A stretch of DNA of 64,000 bases, taken from a virus (Duplodnaviria; Caudoviricetes). The first letter of the stretch is position 1; every line of letters starts with the position of its first letter. The position numbers were made by a program, and so were the translations under genes. The DNA lies in the IMG/VR virus record IMGVR_UViG_3300021399_000106, positions 64,001 through 128,000 of that record; one strand, 5' to 3'. Positions 22,946 to 34,347 of this stretch are shown here, piece after piece. A model generated the notes under the pieces. That model searched no databases, was not told the origin of the DNA, and worked only from the letters and a program-made list of their open reading frames with translations.

Positions 22946-23473
22946 ATGAGATATGCAAAAATAAGAAAAACAGATATTTCAAATGGTCCAGGAATTAGAG
23001 TAAGTATATTTGTTCAAGGATGTTCATTTCATTGTAAAGGTTGTTTTAATGAAGATACTTGGGATTTTAATGGTGGAAAAGAATTTACAGATGAAATATT
23101 TGATAAATTAATAGAATTATGTAAAGGTACTCATATTCAAGGATTAAGTATTTTAGGTGGTGAACCTTTACATAAAAATAATGTAAATACAGTTTTAGAA
23201 ATTGTAAAAAGATTTAGAAAAGAATGTCCTGATAAAGATATTTGGTTATGGACAGGATTTGAAATAGATCCTTTAATTAATGATTTAATTTTAAAATATG
23301 ATGATGTTAGAAATTATTTAGAATTACTTAAAAATATTGATGTTGTAGTTGATGGTCAATTCGAAATTGATAAAGCAGATCCTAATTTAAAATATAAAGG
23401 TTCATCAAATCAAAGGGTAATTGATATTAAGAAAACATTACAAAATCAAGAAATAAGATTATATGAAAATTAA
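22946..23473 (+). CDS. nrdG: NrdD-activating radical SAM enzyme
   Basis: NGPGIRVSIFVQGCSFHCKGCFN, LGGEP, GSSNQR. Confidence 0.96.
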   Translation: MRYAKIRKTDISNGPGIRVSIFVQGCSFHCKGCFNEDTWDFNGGKEFTDEIFDKLIELCKGTHIQGLSILGGEPLHKNNVNTVLEIVKRFRKECPDKDIWLWTGFEIDPLINDLILKYDDVRNYLELLKNIDVVVDGQFEIDKADPNLKYKGSSNQRVIDIKKTLQNQEIRLYEN

Positions 23474-23559
23474 AAAATATTAAAAAATATTAAAATTTGA
23501 GCGAATATCGCTCTTTTTTTATTGTATAAATAATATGAAGATTAAAAATTAGAGGTGAT

Positions 23560-24858
23560 TTGATGGAAAGCATTTATGAAACAATTGGTTATGTAGTTGC
23601 TAAATTATCCCGTTATTCATATTGGCGAGATCAGTTATATCGAAAATTAAAAGGTAGAGAAAATATTGATAGGGCTGAAATAGAAACTGCTTTTTTAAAT
23701 AAAGTTTTATTTGAAAATGGTATTTATACAGCATCACTTATCAGTTGGACTAATTTAGTTTCCAAAGACGAATCAGAAAAATATCTTAAAAAATATGATG
23801 ATATATGGAAAGATTATATTAATTGGCAATGGAGCCAAAGATAAAGGAGGATTATTTTATGATTTCATTTATAGTTTCAATGATAGGATTAGTAATATTT
23901 ATTGTTTTTATTATTTTATATATTAAATTAGATGTATTAGAAATACCATTTATTATTATTTCTACATTTGGTTTGGTAATGTTTATGTTATGTGGTGTAT
24001 GGAGTATTATTGGAAATACAGAACATGTAAATCAAAAAGAATATATAAAGGTAAAATTATTAGCAGAACATTTTAATGAATTAAGTAATAAGGAAAAAAT
24101 TGAAGTTGGTTCTGAAATTGAAAAATGGAATACCGGTCTAAATACATATAATAATATTTGGTTTAAATTTGTTATTGAGGATAGAAGTGCATATATTATA
24201 GAATTAGTGGAGGAATAAAATATGTATGCTAGAACAAAATTTGGTATTGAACAAATTTTAGGAGAAGAGGATGAAAATCTTTATATAGTTTATAATGGCA
24301 CAGCAATAAATAGATGGGTTAGACATTATATGAATAAGTCTGATGCTATCAAATTATCCGATAAAGTAGAAGATTTATGTGATGAGTTTATTATTGAAAC
24401 TAAAGATAAAACTTTTACTTGGAAAGCTATTAAGGATTATGAATTTGCAAAAGATAATTGTGACTTCAAAAATGGAGAAAAAATAATTGGTATAATAACT
24501 AGATATGATGGAGTTAAAGTTAAAGTAGCTGAAACAAATTATTATCACCAATTACGTCCAATTAATTTTTCAATATATAAGGAGGAATAGTATGGTATTT
24601 GGTATAGATAATAGAAAAGTTGCAAAAATATTTGATCCTAAAAACTTTCAATGTTATCACATTTATTGTTATTATGATGTAGATGATAATCAAAGAATAA
24701 TTGAGGATAAAATATATGTTAATTCTACTAATATAGCTGTTGGTGATTTTATACAATTAAAAGAAGGAACTTTTATAGTTGAGTATGTGTATATTCAAGG
24801 AAAATCATATACCCATTTAGTAGTTAAGAAGGTTAGAATAAGTTATGAGGTGATATAA
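23560..24858 (+). CDS. Four small hypothetical genes (23560-23844, 23823-24218 membrane protein, 24222-24590, 24592-24858)
   Basis: Closely packed ORFs with RBSs downstream of a TTGTATA motif; none contains TGA. Confidence 0.6.
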
Positions 24859-26129
24859 TGAGAGATTTAGCGAGTATTGTTAGTGTAGCTAGCGTAAACA
24901 AAATGTTTGAAAAGGATAGAATAGTTTGGATTTCATTAAATGAAAACGGATATGAATTTATAGTTCCTGCTGATACAAAGGTAGGGGATAAATTAGTTTG
25001 CATTCAAGAAGGTGCTATTTTACCAGTAGAAGAAAGATGGGAATTTTTAAGAAAGCGTTGTTATAGAGATGATTTACAAGGTTTCTTAATTAAGCCTATG
25101 ACAATGGGGGCAAAGGATTTAAATGGTGAAAAAGGTGATAGAGTTAAGTCTTGGGGTTTATGTGTAACTTTAAGTGAAGCTGGATTACCTGAAAATTTAA
25201 AACCTGAAACTGATGTAACTGATAAATTAAATATTAGAAAGTATGAACCAGCTGAAGATGCATCACCTCAAAAGATGCCTAAAATTCCTAGAATTATTAA
25301 GTTCTGTTTAAAGCATAAGATAACTAGATGGATTGGAAATAGATATATGGCTTATAGAAAAGCTAAATATCAAAAAGGAGATTTCCCAACTGAAATTATT
25401 TCAAGATCCGATGAAACAACAATTCAAAACTGTAAATCAATTATGAAGGATTTTCCTGGTAAGCAAGCTTTCATTACTGCTAAGATGGAAGGTCAATCAT
25501 TTACTTGTTCATTAGATCCTAAAAAGAAATATGAATTCTATGTATGTTCTAGAAATCATAGATTAGTTGAAGGTGAAAGTGATGCTAAAAGATTCTATGA
25601 TACAGCAAAGAGATATGATATTGCAAAGAAATTAAAGGATTATTATAAGAAAACTGGACATTTATTAATGATTCAAGGTGAACAAGTAGGTCCTGGTATT
25701 CAAGAAAACATTTATGGATATAAAGAAACTCAATGGTTTGTATTTAGAATGAAGGAATATATTAATAAGGAATGGGTTGAATTACCTTATTTTGCATTCA
25801 GAGATGTAGCTTGGAAATTAGGTTTAAAAGTAGTTCCTTTAGTTGATGTAATTAATGATATGGGTCAATTTGATACTATTGATAAATTAGTTAAATATGC
25901 TGAAGGTGTTGCTTGGACTCCACAAACAATTGATACAGGATTACAATATCATCCAAATGAAAATGATGTTTTATGGAAAACTTATTTACAACATGAAGGA
26001 ATTGTTGTTAAGAGCTTTGATTACAACAAAGAAAAAGGAAAAGGTTTCTCATTCAAAGTTAAGAATTTACAATATGCTGAAAAAGGTTTAAAGGAAATTG
26101 CTAAGGTAAGAGAAAAGCTTTCTAAATAA
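24858..26129 (+). CDS. RNA ligase, Rnl2/DRB0094-like
   Basis: TAKMEG (motif I variant), CSRN, IQGE, HEGIV, SFKV; N-terminal LASIV..OB-like domain. Confidence 0.85.
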   Translation: MRDLASIVSVASVNKMFEKDRIVWISLNENGYEFIVPADTKVGDKLVCIQEGAILPVEERWEFLRKRCYRDDLQGFLIKPMTMGAKDLNGEKGDRVKSWGLCVTLSEAGLPENLKPETDVTDKLNIRKYEPAEDASPQKMPKIPRIIKFCLKHKITRWIGNRYMAYRKAKYQKGDFPTEIISRSDETTIQNCKSIMKDFPGKQAFITAKMEGQSFTCSLDPKKKYEFYVCSRNHRLVEGESDAKRFYDTAKRYDIAKKLKDYYKKTGHLLMIQGEQVGPGIQENIYGYKETQWFVFRMKEYINKEWVELPYFAFRDVAWKLGLKVVPLVDVINDMGQFDTIDKLVKYAEGVAWTPQTIDTGLQYHPNENDVLWKTYLQHEGIVVKSFDYNKEKGKGFSFKVKNLQYAEKGLKEIAKVREKLSK

Positions 26130-26139
26130 GGAGGATAAT

Positions 26140-26562
26140 ATGAGACTAGTTAGATTAGAACAATATTATATGGGTAATACTTATTCAACAACTAAATATG
26201 TATATAAAGCTGCAGATAATATTAAAGTAGGAGATTTAGTTTCAGGTTCTAAATATATTGGTATAGTTATTGAGGATAATGTAAAACCAGTATTAGAATT
26301 AAATAGATATAAAGATACCTATCCTTGTAGTAGAGAAGAAGCTTTTAAATTTTTAAAAGAAACTTATTTAGCTAAAGAGGCAAATGAATATTATAATGAA
26401 TATGAGCGAATACGTAAATGTGGTGGATATGAAGATCCTAATTTTGGTTGGGTATCTGCTTATGAAATGGATGATTGTGATTATGAACCTGAAGATAAAC
26501 ATAATCAAATATGGGCTGAAAAATTTGCTAACCGAGTTTTGGAAAAGTGGAAAGTGAAATAA
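26140..26562 (+). CDS. Hypothetical protein
   Basis: ORF with AGGAGG RBS. Confidence 0.6.
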   Translation: MRLVRLEQYYMGNTYSTTKYVYKAADNIKVGDLVSGSKYIGIVIEDNVKPVLELNRYKDTYPCSREEAFKFLKETYLAKEANEYYNEYERIRKCGGYEDPNFGWVSAYEMDDCDYEPEDKHNQIWAEKFANRVLEKWKVK

Positions 26563-26720
26563 TGTTTACACTCGATGAAAAACTAATTGTAATAGAAATT
26601 ATTCCAATAGAAGCAGTAAGTTGGGTAGAAATAACATTATTTAAGAATGGTAGTATAAGAATTGAGGATAAAACCATATTTTAAGAGGTATTATAACTAT
26701 ATACCTCTTTTCTTTTATTC

Positions 26721-26729
26721 ACTAAATTA
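26721..26729 (+). promoter_or_regulatory. ACTAAATTA motif, candidate late promoter (also at 4005 and 30233)
   Basis: Exact 9-mer in three intergenic gaps that lack TTGTATA, upstream of phoH, the transferase cluster and the tail cluster. Confidence 0.55.
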
Positions 26730-26772
26730 TTTATAATAATAAATAATATATAAAAAGAAAGGATAATTTAGT

Positions 26773-27207
26773 ATGGATAAAATTATAGGATATACAACAG
26801 GTGTATATGATTTATTTCACATTGGACATTTAAATTTATTAAAAAATGCAAAAGGTATGTGTGATATGTTGGTTGTAGGTGTGACTGTTGATGAGTTGGT
26901 AACTTATAAAGGTAAACATGCTATGATACCATTTGAGGATAGAATTGAAATTGTAAGAAGTATCAAGTACGTTGATGCCGCTATTCCACAATACGATATG
27001 GACAAATTAACAGCGTGTAAAAAACTCGGAGCCTCTATTTTATTTGTTGGTGATGATTGATATGGAACAGATAAATGAAAAGCTTACGAGGAAGAGTTTG
27101 CAAAAGAAGGAATTAAGATAGTCTATTTTCCTTATACAAAAGGTATATCTTCTACAAAAATAAATAATGCGTTAAATAAATTTCAATCAGAAGTGGAGGG
27201 AAAATAA
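26773..27207 (+). CDS. Glycerol-3-phosphate cytidylyltransferase-like (TagD family)
   Basis: GVYDLFHIGH, VGDD(W), PYTKGISST; TGA at 27058 and 27076. Confidence 0.9.
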
Positions 27208-28257
27208 ATGTCAAAAGATAAAAATTACTGTATGTCTTCATACATAGCATTTAGATACATTGAGGATAATAATAAGGATTTTTCGGAAAATAAAAAACAT
27301 CAAAACATAAATCCAATAGATATAGATAAAAGAATAAAATGTTTTACAAGTGATGATATTGGTTTAAATATAGAAAAACAAATTAATATGTTAAAACAAA
27401 AATATAATAAACTTGGTGTTATGTTATCAGGGGGTATGGATAGTGCAATTGTTGCCTCTTATATGTCAGGATGTGATGCCTATACATTTAGATTTTTAGG
27501 AGGAGATTTTCAATCAGAGGAATTAAAAAGAGCCGAATATTTTGCTAATTATTATAAACTTAATCTTCATTATGTTGACATTTGCTGAGAAACAGTTATT
27601 AAGTATCTTGATCCGGTAATGGAATCTAAATGTGCACCCGTTCATTCAATTGAACCACAGATTTTACAAGCCGCCTTACAAGCAAAAGACGATGGTGTTG
27701 ACTGTATTCTTATTGGTGAGAGTAGTGATCTTGTTTTTGGTGGAATGGATGGTTTACTTGCAAAAGATTGAAGTTTTGAAGAATTTGTAAAAAGATATAC
27801 TTTTTTAGATCCATCGTTGGTTTTAAAGGAACCAGTATCTATGAATTACCTATTTGAAAGATATAGATTACCTGATGATAAAATAGATTTTATGAAATTC
27901 CTGGATGACGTATATTCAATAGAAAGTTCAAGTAGTTATTTAAATGCATTTAAGGTAGCAAATCTTGATTACTATGACCCATACGCTCATTTAATTATGG
28001 GTGATAAATTGGATCTAAATAGAGTCAGAAATGGTGAGTCTAAATATTTAATTAGAGAATTAATGGCTAAAAGATATCCGGAAATACCGGTACCAAATAA
28101 GACACCAATGCCTAGACCTGTAGATGAATACTTTAAATATTGAGAAGGTCCAAAAAGAGCCGAATTTAGAGATGATATTGATATGTCTAAATTAACAGGT
28201 AATCAAAAATGACAACTTTATTGTTTAGAAAAATTTTTAGATAATATGGAGAGATAG
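27208..28257 (+). CDS. Asparagine-synthase-like PP-loop ATPase
   Basis: LSGGMDS, GESSDLVFGG, KYLIREL; four TGA and no TGG. Confidence 0.8.
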
Positions 28258-28258
28258 T

Positions 28259-29350
28259 ATGAATCCAATAGATATTGTAATTACTTATTTAAATTCAAAC
28301 GATAAAAAATGACAACAAGATTATAATATGTATATGGATAAGGAAATAAAAAGTGGTATACATAATAAAAATGATAGACAATCATTTGGTATTGAAAGAA
28401 TAAGAGAATGGGATAATCTAAGATACTGATTTAGAGGAATAGAAAAAAATTGTCCTTGAATTAATAAAATATTCTTTGTAGTTCAAAATGAAAGACATAT
28501 TCCTAATTGATTAGATAAAAATAATCCAAAATTAAGAATAGTTTATCATGAGGAGTTCATACCTAAAGAATTATTACCCACATTCAATGCAATTACAATT
28601 GCTTTCTATTTATCAAATATAAAAGATTTATCTGAAAATTTTATAACCTGTGATGATGATATGTTCTTTATAAATGAAACAACATCAGATTTATTCTTTG
28701 ATAATAATGGTAATGCTGTTCTTGATATAAGAAAAGAGCCTTATAAATTGAATTATTGAAATGATTGAGAAAGGATTCTAAATAATAATAAAGAGTTTAT
28801 TCATAATTTTATGAATAAAGATAACGAATGCTGTTTTAAGTATTCACATTTACCTGATCCAATGAATAAAAAAATTACACAGGATTTAATTAATAAATAT
28901 TACGATAAATTTTTTAATTCATTCAAATTATCTAAATTTAGAAAAACTGATAATTATCAAAGATTTCTTCTTGTTGATTTTCCTAAAATTGGTAAAAAAG
29001 AAAACAACGTACAAAGAATGAATGTATCTAAATATGTACATTATACATCAGAAATAGATTTAAGAAAATATAACAGGTATAAAATTGTATGTATAAATGA
29101 TACAGAGGCTATGGATGATTTTACAACATGTAAAAATAATCTTTTAGTTTTCTTACAAAATTTATTACCTAATAAATCGTCATTTGAATTGGATAATTTT
29201 ACCTATGAAGGTAACTATATCATAAAAGTTAAAAATGAAAACAAGAAGGTTGAAACAAACAAACCAAAAAAGCTTTTAAATAAACAAAAGGTTAAATCAA
29301 ATACTGCTTTTACCGGTTTACCTGATGAATGGTGAAAAGAAAATTATTAG
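28259..29350 (+). CDS. Stealth-family sugar-1-phosphate transferase
   Basis: IDIVITY..DKK(W) (CR1); LRY(W)FRGIEKNCP(W)INKIF..PN(W)L..HEEFIP..LPTFN..DDD (CR2); CIND (CR4). Confidence 0.9.
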
Positions 29351-29373
29351 TTAACATGAAAGGATAAAATAAA

Positions 29374-30183
29374 ATGAAAATTTGTATAGGAATTATAAGT
29401 TGACTACCCTCAGAAAATGAGCATAGAATACAACGAATTGAAAGATTTAATAAAACATTAGATGAATTAGATAATGCTTTTGGAGACAGAGTTGGATATC
29501 TAATAGTTTCTCAGAATTGAAGAGATTATAAATTACCTAAAAAAATAAAGGATAAAGCAGAAGTTTTCAACTATGATAAATTAGGTATATTAAAAGCAAG
29601 AAAAACTTTAAGAAAACATTTCTTAGAATCAGATTATGATTATTTAATAATGAGTGATGATGATGTTATGATGAAATATAATGATTCATCTGTTATTGAT
29701 AATTATTTAAAGGCTTTAAATGATAATCCTCAAGGATTTATGTTTTTACAATATGGTTGATCCTTAAATTTATGTGCCATTTCGAGATGAATATATGAAA
29801 GGGAAGATATGGTTGATGTTGATCCAGAAAAAAATGAAGGATATGAGGATACTACATTTCCTAATCTTTTACATTATAAATATCCTGATAAGGAATTTAA
29901 GGTACAAGGTATTGAATTCTTACAACATAAATTAGAAAATAGAAGAAAACTTAAATCAACTTGAGAAAATGTAAATATAAAGCATATATTACTTAAAAAA
30001 AGAAGTCAATATATAATAAATGGATTTAAAAATGGTAATTTTGATGTAAAAAAATTAAAGGATGAAGCTTTAGAAAAAGTGACAGATGAAAGTTGAATGA
30101 CTAGAACACGAAATCAAGTTGTAGTAAAAGATTCTACAGCATTTACAGGTTTACCTGACGAGTGGTGAAAAGAAGACTTTTAA
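29374..30183 (+). CDS. GT-A fold glycosyltransferase (absent from the ORF track)
   Basis: GILKAR, YLIMSDDD, GYED; seven TGA. Confidence 0.75.
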
Positions 30184-30268
30184 TAGAAATAATAAACCTT
30201 TATTAATAATATAAAGGTTTTTATTTTTATCAACTAAATTAATTATAATAATGAATGGAGGTTATTCT

Positions 30269-31189
30269 ATGCCAAATAATATGAATAAATATGGTTTTGG
30301 AAATAATCAGGATACAGATAATAGAGATTGATATCCTACAAAACAAGAACCAATAAAGGCAAAATTATATCCATATAATCATATAGACGATTTAATTAAT
30401 GAAAAACTAGAACAACATATTCAAAGAACTGATAATCCACATCAAGTTACTTTACAACAATTAGGTGTAGATCATTTATTTACTCATAATATGAGAGTTG
30501 AATATGATGAAGATAAACCAATTATTCATTTAATATTATTAGATTTAAATGGTAATCCATTAAGTGATGTAGGTCCTATTGATATTGATGTTTCTGAATA
30601 TAGTGAAGAACAACTTGAAGAATTAAAAAGATATTTAGAAGAAAAAATTAATGTTATTGAAGAGGAAATTAAAGAGATAACTGATAAACTAAGTATTGAA
30701 GAATTAAGTAAAAGAACATATACAGATTTAGATAATATCGAACATACAGTAGTTAGAATTCAACTAGACGAAAAAGAAAGTATTTATAGAGATTATGATG
30801 GTAATGATGTAGTTAAAATTGTTGATAATAATGTTTTATTAAATGGCGAACCATTATCTCCTAACTTAACTGTTAATTCAGATACTATTATTAATAAGGT
30901 ATTGGAAACAAATGCAGAAGAAGTGTATGATAATAAATTAAATGTATTAAATTTAACAATTCCTAGTTCAGCTAAACACGGTTTCTGTTCATATATAAGT
31001 TTTGAACCTGCATCAACTTTTACATTTAATGTTATTAATGAAAGTGAATATAGCTTAAAAATTATTATGAATGGTGCTAAAACAACATTATCTGATATAC
31101 AATTCGTTGATAACTGTCAATATAATTTAATGTTCTTATGTAATGGAGTTAATGTTGAATTATATATTCAGGAAATTCAATTAGTATAA
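30269..31189 (+). CDS. Putative tail/virion protein
   Basis: ATG 30269, TGA 30329; HIQRTDNPHQVTLQQLG motif of the kind seen in tail-fibre proteins. Confidence 0.55.
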
Positions 31190-31201
31190 AGGTGGCAATT
31201 T

Positions 31202-32437
31202 ATGAGATATTTAGATGCCAAAAAGAGATTAATGTTTATGATGGCAACTCTAAAATATATTAGATTGCTATTTAAAAATGAAATAACAATAACAGATGAT
31301 GAGTTAAAATTACTAGTGCAGAAATCAATTCCACTAATATTTAAAGATTATACTATAAGAACAGAAGATATGAATGAAATAGTTAACGGAATTAAAAGTT
31401 GCATTTTACAATTTAATAAAAATATTAGTAAGATTAATGAAAATGTAACTATGGAAACAATTAGAAGAGGTCTTATTCATATTGATGATAAATTATTTGT
31501 AAATAATATTGCAAAATTAATTTTAGCACTATCAAATACATTTATATCAGATGAAAATTTAATTAGTTTAGTAGATTCTAATATGTTAACCACCTCTCAA
31601 ATAAAACCGCTTAAAAACGGAGAATTACCTATAAATATAGAGGATAAATTAATAGTAATTATTAAAAAAGCTATGCCATTTATATTTTATAATGAAAATA
31701 TAAGTATAGAAGATAAAAATATAATATTAGATAATATATCATCTATAATTTTAAAACCAAAAGATGATAATATAGAATCAAAATATGAAATGGTAATGGA
31801 AACTATAATTAGAAATTCATTATATATTAATGGAAAAATTAAGGTTAAAGAAGATTTAGCTAATTTAATTACATCAATTTCAAATTTATTTTATGTTGAT
31901 ACATTTATTACTACTAAAGATTATAATAAACTGTTAGCGTCAATTTCAAATAAATTAAAAATAGATTCAAAGATTACCGTAGATAATGCTTTTGAGTTAG
32001 TTGCATTATATTCGGATTTAGTTTTAGTTAATGATTTAGTATTATCAATTAATGATTTTAAATTACAAACACCACCTTCTAATAAATTATTTATTAAAGA
32101 TGGTAGTAAAATTAGTAATGATGTAGTTTTAACTCTAGGAAATTTTATATCTTTACCTTTTGAAATAAATACTAAATTATTTATAAATAATAAACTATTC
32201 TTAGATACAGTTGAATCTTGTAAAGTTATACTGGAATCAGTTTTCAATACTAAGAATAAAAATATTATAAGAATTGATGAATCTCGAAATTTAATTGATA
32301 AAATATCAAGTTTAGATGTAAATGATTGTTTACAGATACTTAGATACAGATATTCTTTATTAAGAGATTGAGATTCAATTCAAATGGATGATATATTGAA
32401 TTTAAATATGTCACAGTTGATATATGTTTTAAAATAA
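31202..32437 (+). CDS. Hypothetical protein, probably virion-associated
   Basis: Extended through TGA 32369 to TAA 32435; I/N/D/K-rich with a weak internal repeat (METIRRGL / METIIRNSL). Confidence 0.6.
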
Positions 32438-32456
32438 AATTAAGGAGAATTTAAAA

Positions 32457-33059
32457 ATGGGATTAACAATTAACACAGCAAAAAATTTATTAAGACAACT
32501 TGTAGGTTTAACTGGTGACTCTTGATTAGCTTTAAGTAGCACTGAACCTGATCCAAGTGGTAAAGGTGAGTCAGGATACAATATTACTGAACCTCCTGCA
32601 ACAGATCCAGAGACAGGTCATCCTACAAATTATGCAAGAACTATGTTAGACAGCCATTTCAGTGATAGTGATGCTTCATTTTCTGATGGTTTAGTAGATG
32701 GTGTTTATACAGTTAGTATTAAAAATATCGACGAAATTCATTTCCAAGAAGCATTAGCTGATTGAGGAAATTATAGATGATTTGCAATTTTTGAAGGTAG
32801 AACTGGTGGCAATCCAAAATATGTTGGTGAATTATTAAAATTTGTTCAAGATACTACTGTAAATGCAGAAAACTATACAGAAAAAGTTGAAGCAGGTTTA
32901 TATTATTTCGATAATGCTCAGAATGATTATATTAAAATTACTGATGAAGCATTTGTTGAAGGTAAACCTTATTACATAAAGGATAATAGTGGTATTGATA
33001 TCGAAGAAGGAACCGTTCCACTAGTTAGAACAGGTTATTTAAAGATTTCAGTTCAATAA
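32457..33059 (+). CDS. Phage tail-associated protein (absent from the ORF track)
   Basis: LALSSTEP..EP..NYAR..IHFQEALAD(W)G..FAIF..TGGN pattern of small tail proteins; three TGA. Confidence 0.7.
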
Positions 33060-33084
33060 TTTTATTAGTTAGGAGGCAAACAAT

Positions 33085-34122
33085 ATGCCAAGTTCAAAAA
33101 CAACAAATTTAGATTTGAATGTTGGATATGCTGAAACTGATAGAACTCAATCTTGAATTGATGGAATTGATAATAATTTTAGAAATTTAGATAATGATTT
33201 AGGAACCGTTTTTAAGGCAATAGAGAATGCTGGTATAACTTTATCAAGAAATGTAGCTCTGGAAGATGAATGGTCAACCGGAGCTTATTTACTAAATACA
33301 ACATTCTTAAGTAGTTTTAAAAATGCTAGCGCCATTAGATTTGGTACTTATATTTATGTTTTTATAGGTAGCGAAAATGCTGAGGGTGATATTTATAAAT
33401 TCAATTCAGTAAAATATACCTTAACAAAAATAGATGCAAAAGTACCTCTAGGATTCAATAATTTTAAAGTCGAACAATATCAAGGTAGAGTATTTTTAAT
33501 TGGTGGATGTGAAAATCAAACTGCATCAAATCTATTCTATATTTTTGATATTGCAAATGAAGAAATATTAGTACCAGATACTACTTTAAGTATTAGTTTA
33601 ACAAATTGTGGTAGTTGTATTATTAATAATTATATTTATTTATTTGGCGGTAATGATGAAAATGGTAATCAATTAAATTCAATTCTAAAATTTAATGTTG
33701 CGGATTATTCCAATTCATTATTAAGTTTATCACTTTTAGAAAGTGATGATTCTTTATCGGCAACAGCGATTGAAGATAATGTATATTTATTTGGTGGAAA
33801 TAATTCAAATAAAATATATGAATTTGATTCAATTAATGAAACTATTACATTATTAAATGAAACATTACCAACAAATATTAAAAATCATCAATCAATTTTA
33901 TTAGATGATAATATTTATATATTAGGTGGAAAAAATGGTAATCAAATATTAGATACTATTTATAAATTTGATTATAATAATAAAACAATTTCCACTTTAG
34001 ATTTTATATTACCAATAGTTTTATCAAATTTTGCAATAGCTGTAACAGATAATTACGCTTATTTATTTGGTGGAGAAACTACTAATGGTAATAGTACTAG
34101 AATAATTAGATTTGTACCATAA
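33085..34122 (+). CDS. Kelch-repeat beta-propeller protein (absent from the ORF track)
   Basis: About six repeats of the YLFGG/YILGG..IYKFD type; TGA 33154. Confidence 0.85.
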
Positions 34123-34147
34123 TTTAAAACAGAGAGGAGAATATAAT

Positions 34148-34330
34148 ATGGATAAAACAGAAAACACTAATATGAATGTTAATTATAGATCTCCTGAGAC
34201 CTTTTTAAATGAAAGAAATGGTTGAGATAAAAATTTTGAATTTATTGATTATAGTTATCTAACAATATTTGAAGGATTAGAAAAAATAAACAATAAATTC
34301 AGTGAAAGTATAGATTTAGAAGAGGAATAG
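34148..34330 (+). CDS. Small hypothetical protein
   Basis: AGGAG RBS, one TGA, TAG stop. Confidence 0.55.
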
Positions 34331-34347
34331 AAAGGAGACTGATATAA

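Noticed and set aside
8975-28510. TGA read as Gly (table 25) or selenocysteine
   Set aside because: The diagnostic positions (YPWE, GDDW, CPW, PNWL, DCPW) call for Trp, and the number of TGA codons is far too high for Sec.
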